From contig CAIMLA010000050.1 of assembly GCA_903842085.1 (NCBI GenBank), positions 5,133 through 69,132 of the forward strand: a DNA stretch of 64,000 nucleotides, given 5' to 3'. Numbering within the stretch: the first letter of the stretch is position 1; every line of letters begins with the position of its first letter. The stretch is from an uncultured bacterium. GTDB lineage: Bacteria > Patescibacteriota > CPR2 > UBA1875 > CAIMLA01. Positions 40,872-48,268 of the stretch are shown here, one piece after another. Position numbers and translations under genes: made by a program. The notes under the pieces were generated by a model. The model ran no database searches. It saw only the letters and a program-made list of their open reading frames with translations, and was not told the origin of the DNA.

Positions 40872-42101
40872 CTAGTGCGCTTCGACAAAGGTCAGGGCTT
40901 TACCTAGTTTATCGCCCCGACCAGTTCTTCCGATACGATGAATATAGTCCTCATATGTTTTTGGGATAGTATAGTTAATTACATGACTTACATCTTTGAT
41001 ATCAAGACCGCGGGCAGCAACGTCTGTCGCGACCAGAATATCCACTTGGTTATTCTTGAAAGAAGCCAGAGCACGAGTCCTTTGACCTTGACGCTTATCA
41101 CCATGAATTGATTCAGCCCTAAAGCCTCCTCGATTTAAATCTATAGTAAGCTTTTCGACGTCTCTTTTTGTTTCTGAAAAAATTAATACTTTTTCAAGTT
41201 CTGGATCATTGAGTAATTTACTGAGGGTGTCAAATTTTGCACCTCTATGCTCAACCTTGACAATATCCTGTTCAACACTATCCGCGGTTTGTCCATTTGA
41301 TACCGATATCGTGATCGGATCTCTAGAAAAGGTCGCGACCAAATCTCGAATTTTAGAAGGGATAGTCGCTGAAAAAAATAAGGATTGTCGGTTTTCTGGT
41401 AACTGGTCTAGAAACCCTCTAATCTCATCAACGAACCCCATATCTAGCATTCTATCGACTTCATCCAATACTATATTGTTGAAGGTTGATAGATCTATTA
41501 GTTTCCGCTGACACATATCCTTTAGCCGTCCTGGTGTTCCAATAATAAAATTAGGATTACGTCGAAGTGCTCCAATCTGTTTCCCCATAGGCATACCACC
41601 GACCACTGTTGCAAAATAAATCTTCATTCCCCAACTAAATTGATGAAGTTCTGTTTCTATCTGGAGAGCCAATTCCCTCGTCGGTGCGATGATTAACACT
41701 TTTTGGTTTCGGTCTTTTTGGACTTTATCAATTAAGGGTAACAAAAAAGCAGCCGTTTTGCCCGTTCCTGTATTAGCAAGCCCGACTAAGTCCCTTCCTT
41801 GCAAAATATAATTTATTGCCTGGTCCTGAATTGGCATTGGCGTTTTGTAATTTCTTTTGTCCAGGTTTTCTTTTAGTTCTTTACACAAATCAAAATCAGA
41901 AAAACTGTGCTTTATTTCTACTTTTGGGATTGTTGTATCGATTGCCTTCCGGACAAATTTAGTTGGATCAATAAATTCACCCTTGTTAACACTTCTAAAA
42001 TTGCTTTTTCTTGGACCAAAAGACTTATGGCCAGAACGAGGCTGAAAACTACTCGAGTTTCTTCTACTAAAACTACCTTTGGTAGTTCTTACATTGTGCA
42101 T
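40872..42101 (-). CDS. DEAD/DEAH-box RNA helicase (DEVD variant)
   Basis: Q motif, TGTGKT, PTRELA, DEVD, SAT, ARGLD, HRIGRTGR. Confidence 0.95.
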   Translation of the reverse strand: MHNVRTTKGSFSRRNSSSFQPRSGHKSFGPRKSNFRSVNKGEFIDPTKFVRKAIDTTIPKVEIKHSFSDFDLCKELKENLDKRNYKTPMPIQDQAINYILQGRDLVGLANTGTGKTAAFLLPLIDKVQKDRNQKVLIIAPTRELALQIETELHQFSWGMKIYFATVVGGMPMGKQIGALRRNPNFIIGTPGRLKDMCQRKLIDLSTFNNIVLDEVDRMLDMGFVDEIRGFLDQLPENRQSLFFSATIPSKIRDLVATFSRDPITISVSNGQTADSVEQDIVKVEHRGAKFDTLSKLLNDPELEKVLIFSETKRDVEKLTIDLNRGGFRAESIHGDKRQGQRTRALASFKNNQVDILVATDVAARGLDIKDVSHVINYTIPKTYEDYIHRIGRTGRGDKLGKALTFVEAH

Positions 42102-42277
42102 TTTTTTCTTTCCGTGTCGCTTAGTGCGACAATTAAATTATTTTTCAATCGAGATAATAGAACATCGAAAAATAATTTCCGGAAATCTATTAAACTAGTT
42201 TGATTTATTAAATAATAACATATTTTTTGACAGTAGTAAATATCTTTATCTTTCATGTCTTTATCTTTCAGTGAAAA

Positions 42278-42312
42278 GCGGGGATGACCTATTGAGGTCA
42301 GTTCATCCCCGC
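42278..42312. terminator. Terminator-like hairpin after the STAS gene
   Basis: GCGGGGATGA / TCATCCCCGC inverted repeat, with AAAA before and TTTT shortly after. Confidence 0.7.
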
Positions 42313-42319
42313 CATTTTG

Positions 42320-42697
42320 TTAGATGCTAGTCTTTTGAGTGTCCAGGAAGCCCTTCGCGGCCTCTTCTATTGTGGGATAAATTCTAAGGAGTTGACTAAG
42401 GTTTGTGACGCGAATTATGTCTATTATATCCTTTCGTTTAACCACTAACACGATCTGACCATTGTAGGCTCTTAAGTGTTTTAAGGCGTGAATCAGCAGT
42501 CCCAATCCAGAAGAATCAACAAAAGAGACTTCCGTCATGTCGACGATAATCTTTTTATGTTTTTCTGATATTGCTTCATGCAATGGTATTTTGAGTTCAA
42601 CCGCTGTGTAGACATCAAATTCACCAGAAATCCTAAAAATGATAATATCTTCTTCTTGTGCTTTCTCAATGGTGAAATACTTTCCGGGAAAGCTCAT
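42320..42697 (-). CDS. STAS-domain anti-sigma factor antagonist (RsbV/SpoIIAA-like)
   Basis: GEFDVYTA, DMTEVSFVDSSGLG (phosphorylatable Ser); start set to ATG 42697 (GAGG SD; TTGACT-17-TATCCT promoter upstream). Confidence 0.88.
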   Translation of the reverse strand: MSFPGKYFTIEKAQEEDIIIFRISGEFDVYTAVELKIPLHEAISEKHKKIIVDMTEVSFVDSSGLGLLIHALKHLRAYNGQIVLVVKRKDIIDIIRVTNLSQLLRIYPTIEEAAKGFLDTQKTSI

Positions 42698-42985
42698 AAC
42701 TAGCCTCGTTTCTGAGGATTTGCTTTCTAACAAGGTACTAATCGGATAGGATAGCACTCGATATTTATTTAGTCAACATATCGTTTCTTCTGTGTTAACG
42801 CAAATTAGAAAGGTCCCCTTACTCCTGTCAGCCTTAATTAATAATACTGACCCAAAGTAAAAAGATCTTGCTTAGGTGAAAGGCTTTCGAAGAAACAACT
42901 CGAAAAAATTCAGAGTATTTATGTGTTATTATGTTCTTGTAAATAGAGAAGTGCCTGTTTCTCGGTGTAAACTAGGAGGTGTCAC

Positions 42986-43171
42986 GTGTCTATAAGTGCA
43001 TCAAAATGCCCCCTAAAGAATAGCTGCCCTTGTCAGCAAGATAATAATTGCTGCGACAGATGCCCAAACAGTGTGACCGCCTTTGGCTTAATCTATATAA
43101 ACTCTGAAGTAGAGCCATTTTTTAGGACTAGCGATGGTGGTTTTGTCCACGTCAAAAGACACATTCATTGA
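42986..43171 (+). CDS. Small Cys-rich hypothetical protein (61 aa)
   Basis: AGGAGGT SD (42974-42980) 5 nt before GTG; 6 Cys in 19 residues; strong hairpin directly downstream. Confidence 0.6.
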   Translation: MSISASKCPLKNSCPCQQDNNCCDRCPNSVTAFGLIYINSEVEPFFRTSDGGFVHVKRHIH

Positions 43172-43190
43172 ACTTCTCTTTTACACAAAC

Positions 43191-43217
43191 CCCGCTTGTG
43201 CATTTAGCACAAGCGGG
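43191..43217. terminator. Perfect 11-bp hairpin between the convergent small ORF and yggT
   Basis: CCCGCTTGTGC-ATTTA-GCACAAGCGGG. Confidence 0.65.
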
Positions 43218-43287
43218 AACTTCTGATAAATCGGAGTTGAATATTTAGCTTTTATCTTTTCTTGTCTCGGCTGTTTTAAATATGTCG

Positions 43288-43545
43288 CTATATTCTGCTC
43301 ATAATCTCTTGGATTAAAAACAAGGCCAAATAAGCGATGATCGGTGAGAGGTCCATCATTCCGCCCAAAGGCGGTACAACCTTGCGGATTGGTCCTAAAA
43401 TTGGTTCGGTAATACTGTAGATAAATCTTTGAAGTTTTTCAGCTTTCTGCGGAATCCAACTCAATATAACCCTAATAAAGATCAGAAGCATTAACAAGTT
43501 AGTTAATAAATTAACAAAATTTACAATTAGTTCTTTTGTGTTCAT
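43288..43545 (-). CDS. yggT: YggT family membrane protein
   Basis: RVILSWI...TEPILGPIRKVVPPLGGMMDLSPI. Confidence 0.93.
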   Translation of the reverse strand: MNTKELIVNFVNLLTNLLMLLIFIRVILSWIPQKAEKLQRFIYSITEPILGPIRKVVPPLGGMMDLSPIIAYLALFLIQEIMSRI

Positions 43546-43796
43546 CTATTTAAGGCTAATTTTACAACCGAAAGCATCGGCAGAGAGCCTCTCCAACACT
43601 CAGTTTCGGTGCCATCATCTCGAACAACTAGGAGCGTTGGGGTACTGTAAATATTATAGATGTCAGCATCAGCTGCCGCTTCTTTGCCATCAAGGTTGAT
43701 AAGTTCAACGTCGTAATGCTTCTTTATCTCTTCGACAAACTCCAGCGTTTCTCTTTTATTCTCGTCAAATTCCTTTGTGTATACCTTTAATTTCAT
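43542..43796 (-). CDS. Thioredoxin/glutaredoxin-like fold protein lacking CxxC
   Basis: Beta-alpha-beta pattern, 'YNIYSTPTLLVV..DG' cis-Pro motif; YTKEFDEN sits where CxxC would be; coupled to yggT. Confidence 0.65.
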   Translation of the reverse strand: MKLKVYTKEFDENKRETLEFVEEIKKHYDVELINLDGKEAAADADIYNIYSTPTLLVVRDDGTETECWRGSLPMLSVVKLALNR

Positions 43797-43839
43797 GTTT
43801 ATAATATATCAAATTTCCGATTAATTTTAAAGTCATAAA

Positions 43840-44419
43840 TGGGAAAGCCCCAGCTCCATACCAGTCTCGACAGTGTCGAGGAAAGGATACGTTGCTGGGG
43901 CTTATGCCCTCGTTCGGTGTCCCGAGATGTTTATCATCTGCGAGACTGAGTGGGGCTTTATAGCTCCACGAGGGTGGGCCTCTCGGCCCTGGGTGCGGGG
44001 TGTCTCCCAAATTTCACTTTCGTGATCGAAGGAGAGCACCCGCGCGGCAATAGTCCGTTTTTTTGCCCCGGACTAGGGCAGATCTACTTCGGCATTCCGT
44101 TCCTTCCTGCCCTAACTCAGAGAGTAGGGCAATAGATGATGCCGAGATCCGCTCCAGCTCTGGTCACTGGTCACCAAAGACGAAGCTTGCTAGTCATCTT
44201 TCTCCTTTTAAAGAGAAAGATGATTTGAGATGTTAAGCCCCTGAGAGCCTTACCATCTTGAGGTCGCCACGCCTCATTTTTTTTCACCGGTTTAACGCAT
44301 CGCTTTTTTTAAATTGCGATACCGGTACCAGTATACTTCTCTACATTAGAAACCCGAGAAGTGGATGGCCCAAATTTTTCGGCCCAGGCTAAAAATATAT
44401 TGCCTGTTCTAACTCAGTT
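43840..44419 (-). ncRNA. Putative large (~580 nt) highly structured non-coding RNA of unknown family
   Basis: GC-rich island with no credible ORF; a dozen or more adjacent stem-loops, two GNRA tetraloops and G-U pairs that work on the minus strand, a candidate H-type pseudoknot, and its own promoter. Confidence 0.75.
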
Positions 44420-44424
44420 GCAAT

Positions 44425-44453
44425 ATATTAGCATATTAGTTATATATTGTCAA
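44425..44453 (-). promoter_or_regulatory. Strong sigma70 promoter driving the structured RNA
   Basis: TTGACA (44448-44453), 17 bp, TG-C-TAATAT extended -10 (44425-44430); predicted TSS ~44418. Confidence 0.8.
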
Positions 44454-44504
44454 GTCTTTTATCGGAAGGTGAATTTCATAACTTTTAATTTGAGCCAAAC
44501 AGAG

Positions 44505-44741
44505 TCATTTACGTCCTTTGATTATCAAGAGCAAACCAATAAATATTATTAAAAATGGCCAGAACATCTCCCATATTTCTATGCCAAGATAGTTTTGGAT
44601 AAAAAACATTAAGCCAACAAATACTAAGATCAAGCCCCAGAAAATCCTGCCATTCATCATCGACCTCCGTTTAATATTATTAATTACAACTTTTTCTTCA
44701 ACAAATTCTTCTACTATTTCTTCTTTATTTTCCTTAATCAT
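44505..44741 (-). CDS. Small two-TM membrane protein (LiaI/LiaF-TM/DUF5668-like)
   Basis: FWGLILVFVG...FWPFLIIFIGL pattern. Confidence 0.75.
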   Translation of the reverse strand: MIKENKEEIVEEFVEEKVVINNIKRRSMMNGRIFWGLILVFVGLMFFIQNYLGIEIWEMFWPFLIIFIGLLLIIKGRK

Positions 44742-44766
44742 CTTTTCTCATATTGTAATAATCTTT

Positions 44767-45456
44767 TTATATATTATCACGTATAATTACTTCTTTGACA
44801 TATTTTTGCATTATTTCCTTGATTGATGAAAGCTCTTCTTTAGTGAATGATGGCCTTGTTTTTAAGCTCTTATCAAGGGTTATTTCTGGCCGAAATCCTT
44901 GGATAGCGTAACGCTGTGATCCGGCAATCATCTTCCCTATTTCATCGAAATCTGATAGCTCATGATAGCTTGGAAGGACGGTTGTTCGGAATTCATAATC
45001 CAACCCACTTGATTTAATTATTCTTACACTTTCTTGAATAACTTTTTTATTCAAATACTTCGATATGGCCGGATATTCTTCTAAGGGTCCTTTGATGTCC
45101 ATAGCAATATAGTCAATCATCTTTTTATCTAATAACAATTGCAATCTCACTGGATTACTCCCATTGGTATCAAGCTTAACCTTAAATCCCATTTTTTTGA
45201 CTTTTTCTATAAAGAGCTCTAGCCCGTCTTGGATAATAGGCTCGCCTCCGGTAATAACTACCCCGTCGAGCTTGCCAACTCTTTTTGATAAATATTGATA
45301 AACTGTTTGTTCCTTTATTTGCCCTTTTTTTATTTCAATTAAGTCAGGGTTGTGGCAAAAGCCACATTGAAAATTGCAGCCTTGCGTGAAGATCACGGCT
45401 GCAATTTTGCCCGGGTAATCGATTAGTGAGGTTTTGACTAAACCTGATATTTCCAT
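44767..45456 (-). CDS. nrdG: Anaerobic ribonucleotide reductase activating radical SAM enzyme
   Basis: SLIDYPG, GCNFQCGFCHN, TGGEP, KLDTNG, YEFRTT; follows nrdD. Confidence 0.93.
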   Translation of the reverse strand: MEISGLVKTSLIDYPGKIAAVIFTQGCNFQCGFCHNPDLIEIKKGQIKEQTVYQYLSKRVGKLDGVVITGGEPIIQDGLELFIEKVKKMGFKVKLDTNGSNPVRLQLLLDKKMIDYIAMDIKGPLEEYPAISKYLNKKVIQESVRIIKSSGLDYEFRTTVLPSYHELSDFDEIGKMIAGSQRYAIQGFRPEITLDKSLKTRPSFTKEELSSIKEIMQKYVKEVIIRDNI

Positions 45457-45458
45457 CT

Positions 45459-45620
45459 TTAACAGTTACTTGAATCCAGATCAAAGGTAACCCGATCGCC
45501 ATATTCTGCTTTTTTGCCATCATTCCATTGGTTGATTGGCCTAATGTAGCCGACTACTCTTGAATAAACTTCACATTCTGTTCTTCGTCCTTCTAAATTT
45601 TCTCTTTCTTCTAAAGTCAT
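45459..45620 (-). CDS. Stand-alone glycyl-radical domain of class III RNR (53 aa)
   Basis: Missed by the ORF track. Manual translation MTLEERENLEGRRTECEVYSRVVGYIRPINQWNDGKKAEYGDRVTFDLDSSNC*; AGGAGG SD at 45625-45630; contains the RVxGY glycyl-radical motif and WNxGK..E. Confidence 0.9.
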   Translation of the reverse strand: MTLEERENLEGRRTECEVYSRVVGYIRPINQWNDGKKAEYGDRVTFDLDSSNC

Positions 45621-45630
45621 TTTTCCTCCT

Positions 45631-47754
45631 TTAAACTTTTACTTTTTGTTTTATATTTAAATTAATTGATGTCTGGGGTAAATATCCAATTTCTTGGTCA
45701 CACACTGGGCAATATTTATGCTCTCCTTTTAGATAGCCGTGCTTCGGACAGACAGAGAAAGTCGGAGATAGGGTAAAATAAGGTAAATGATAATTCTCGG
45801 CTATTTTTTTAACAAGATTTTTGACTGAACTGATATTATCTAGCCTCTCTCCAATAAAGATATGCAAGACTGTTCCACCGGTATACATCGTTTGTAATCC
45901 ATCCTGTAGATCAAGGGCTTCAAAAATATCATCAGTATAATTGACTGGTAGTTGTGTCGAGTTGGTGTAATATGGGTTGGCTCCCATCCCCTTAAACGCT
46001 TCTTCATTTGCGACCAAGATATCTGAGTATTGCGCCTTGTCTCTTTTTGCAAATCTGGTTGTCGTCCCCTCTCCAGGGGTTGCTTCGAGGTTGTACATAT
46101 TCCCCGTCTCTTCTTGGTATTGACTCATTCTTTCTCTCATGTGATTCATCACTGAAATGGCAAAGGCATGGCCCTTCTTGGTCGTTATGTTTTCTTTGTC
46201 CTTATAGAAGTTCCTAATTGATTCATTCATCCCTAAAAGTCCGATGGTTGAAAAGTGATTAGCCCAATATCGACCAAATCTCTTTTTCACATCGGCTAGA
46301 TAGAATTTTGCAAAAGGATAGAGCCCTTGATCCATAAATCGCTCGATCACCTTTCTCTTGATTTCTAGTGACTCCTTGGCTAAATCCATCAGATGGTCTA
46401 ATCTTTCCAAATACTCTTTTTCATTTTTTGCCCCGTAACCAAGCCTGGCCATATTAATCGTCACGACCCCAATACTCCCCGTTAATGGATTTGATCCGAA
46501 TAAACCGCCACCTCTTTTTCTGAGCTCTCTGTTATCAAGTCTTAATCGACAGCACATACTCCTGGCATCATCTGGAGACATGTCAGAGTTAACAAAATTA
46601 GAAAAGTATGGAATGCCATACTTTGCTGTCATCTCCCACACAGAGTCAAGCTTCTCGTTGTCCCAACTAAAATCTTTTGTAATGTTATAAGTAGGGATTG
46701 GGAAAGAAAAGATTCTGCCATTAGCATCTCCTTCTAACATGACCTCAGCGAAGGCCTGGTTTATCATGTCCATCTCAGGCTGAAAATCTTTGTATTTCTC
46801 CTTTTGAAGCTTCCCTCCGATTATGACATTTTCCTCACCTAACTGCCCGGTTGGATTTAAGTCCATCGTGATGTTAGTGAAAGGTGTTTGAAACCCAACT
46901 CTGGTCGGAATATTCATGCCATAGACAAACTCTTGCATCGCTTGTTTTACCTGTTTATACTCCAACTCATCGTATCGTACAAACGGGGCGATTAAAGTGT
47001 CAAAATTTGAGAAAGCAACAGCCCCAGCACTTTCCCCCTGAACGGTGTACATGAAGTTTACGATCTGGTTCAACAAAGCCTTAAGATGTTTTGCTGGACG
47101 GCTCTGGATTTTTCCAGGAACCCCGCCAAAGCCACGCATTAAAAGATCCTTTAGGTCCCAGCCACAACAATAAACGGCAAGAAAGCCTAGATCATGAATA
47201 TGAAAGTCGGCATTTTCGTGAGCTTCCTTGATCTCAGTCGGGTATAATTTATTTAGCCAGTATTTTTCTGTTATTTTGTCCGAAATAAAGTTTCGTAATC
47301 CTTGCAAACTGTAACTCATGTTCGCATTCTCACGAACATACCAAGTCTCTTCTCCTATGTAATCATCCATCAGTGATTCTGTATCCACTAGCCTAATTGT
47401 TCTTAGTTCTTCATGCTGCTTCCGATAAACAATATAGGCCTTGGCCGTTTCTTCAAAGACTGAGTCCATCAAGACATGCTCAACAACGTTTTGAATGTTC
47501 TCAACTGCCGGTAAATGATCAGCGTCATATTGCTTTTGAAGATGTTCGACAACCTGCTTCGTTAATTTTTCAGCAATCGCTTGTCCAAACTCTCCCGTTG
47601 CTTCGCCGGCTTTGCATAAAGCCTTCGCAATCCGACTATCATCGAATTTAGCTATCCTACCATCTCTTTTGATGACCTTATTAAACGGTTTCTTTTTCAG
47701 ATCCTTCTTTGATAAGGACAATTGTTTTTGCTGAAATTCACTTTTTACTACCAT
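45631..47754 (-). CDS. nrdD: Anaerobic (class III) ribonucleoside-triphosphate reductase with ATP cone, lacking the C-terminal glycyl-radical segment
   Basis: VIKRDG ATP cone, HIHDL, YCCGW, SMCCRL, NLEATPGE, YTGGTV, ends after the CPKH..CPVC metal site. Confidence 0.95.
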   Translation of the reverse strand: MVVKSEFQQKQLSLSKKDLKKKPFNKVIKRDGRIAKFDDSRIAKALCKAGEATGEFGQAIAEKLTKQVVEHLQKQYDADHLPAVENIQNVVEHVLMDSVFEETAKAYIVYRKQHEELRTIRLVDTESLMDDYIGEETWYVRENANMSYSLQGLRNFISDKITEKYWLNKLYPTEIKEAHENADFHIHDLGFLAVYCCGWDLKDLLMRGFGGVPGKIQSRPAKHLKALLNQIVNFMYTVQGESAGAVAFSNFDTLIAPFVRYDELEYKQVKQAMQEFVYGMNIPTRVGFQTPFTNITMDLNPTGQLGEENVIIGGKLQKEKYKDFQPEMDMINQAFAEVMLEGDANGRIFSFPIPTYNITKDFSWDNEKLDSVWEMTAKYGIPYFSNFVNSDMSPDDARSMCCRLRLDNRELRKRGGGLFGSNPLTGSIGVVTINMARLGYGAKNEKEYLERLDHLMDLAKESLEIKRKVIERFMDQGLYPFAKFYLADVKKRFGRYWANHFSTIGLLGMNESIRNFYKDKENITTKKGHAFAISVMNHMRERMSQYQEETGNMYNLEATPGEGTTTRFAKRDKAQYSDILVANEEAFKGMGANPYYTNSTQLPVNYTDDIFEALDLQDGLQTMYTGGTVLHIFIGERLDNISSVKNLVKKIAENYHLPYFTLSPTFSVCPKHGYLKGEHKYCPVCDQEIGYLPQTSINLNIKQKVKV

Positions 47755-47790
47755 CTCTCCCCCTTCGTCTCCCGTTAAGGACTTATGTTT

Positions 47791-48246
47791 TTATTTAACC
47801 TTTTCTAGCTTTTCCACTTCTTCTTTGAAGTTTGATAAATCATCAAATGATTTGTAGACGCTGGCAAATCTGAGGTAGGCGACTTCATCGACCGTTCTCA
47901 GTTTCTGTAATATGTAGTCTCCAATTTCTTTACTATTTACTTCTTTCTCGCCTTGCGAATATATCTCTTTTTCAATTTCATCTAATATCTTCTCAACCGC
48001 TGGCTCGGTGATGGGCCTTTTTTCTAGTGCTTTTAAGACTCCTTTTGCCATCTTCTCCCTAGAATAAACTTCTTTTCTGCCATCCTTTTTGATTACCGCC
48101 ATATTTAGGACCTCTGGCCTTTCATAGGTCGTAAACCTAAACCCACAGTCGATGCACTCGCGTCTTCGTCTAATCGCTTCTTCTCCCTCGATATCTCTTT
48201 TCTCTAACACTTTTAGGTTTTCTTTGTGACAATTCGGACAATTCAC
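47791..48246 (-). CDS. nrdR: Transcriptional repressor NrdR
   Basis: CPNC, IRRRRECIDCGFRFTTYE, ATP cone, VAYLRFASVY. Confidence 0.97.
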   Translation of the reverse strand: MNCPNCHKENLKVLEKRDIEGEEAIRRRRECIDCGFRFTTYERPEVLNMAVIKKDGRKEVYSREKMAKGVLKALEKRPITEPAVEKILDEIEKEIYSQGEKEVNSKEIGDYILQKLRTVDEVAYLRFASVYKSFDDLSNFKEEVEKLEKVK

Positions 48247-48268
48247 TCTTACCCCTTTTAGCTTAATA

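Noticed and set aside
43765-44135. ORF-track ORFs 43765-44010 (-) and 43950-44135 (+)
   Set aside because: No SD, atypical composition, and they lie within the base-paired GC-rich element; probably by-products of the higher GC content
43840-44419. RNase P RNA, tmRNA, SRP RNA, 6S RNA or group I/II intron as the identity of the structured region
   Set aside because: GAGGAAAG at 43878 is not followed by TCC and has no P4 partner; there is no tRNA-like T-arm/acceptor end or tag ORF; GGAAGG lacks the SRP CAGG...AGCAG context; it is not a single ~190-nt rod; no group II domain V or correctly ordered group I P7 elements. Judged by eye only; cmscan is needed.
45621-45633. Sequencing frameshift or pseudogene explanation for the truncated nrdD
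   Set aside because: The stop is followed at once by a perfect AGGAGG and an ATG, both parts have non-homologous linker tails, and nrdG and nrdR are intact
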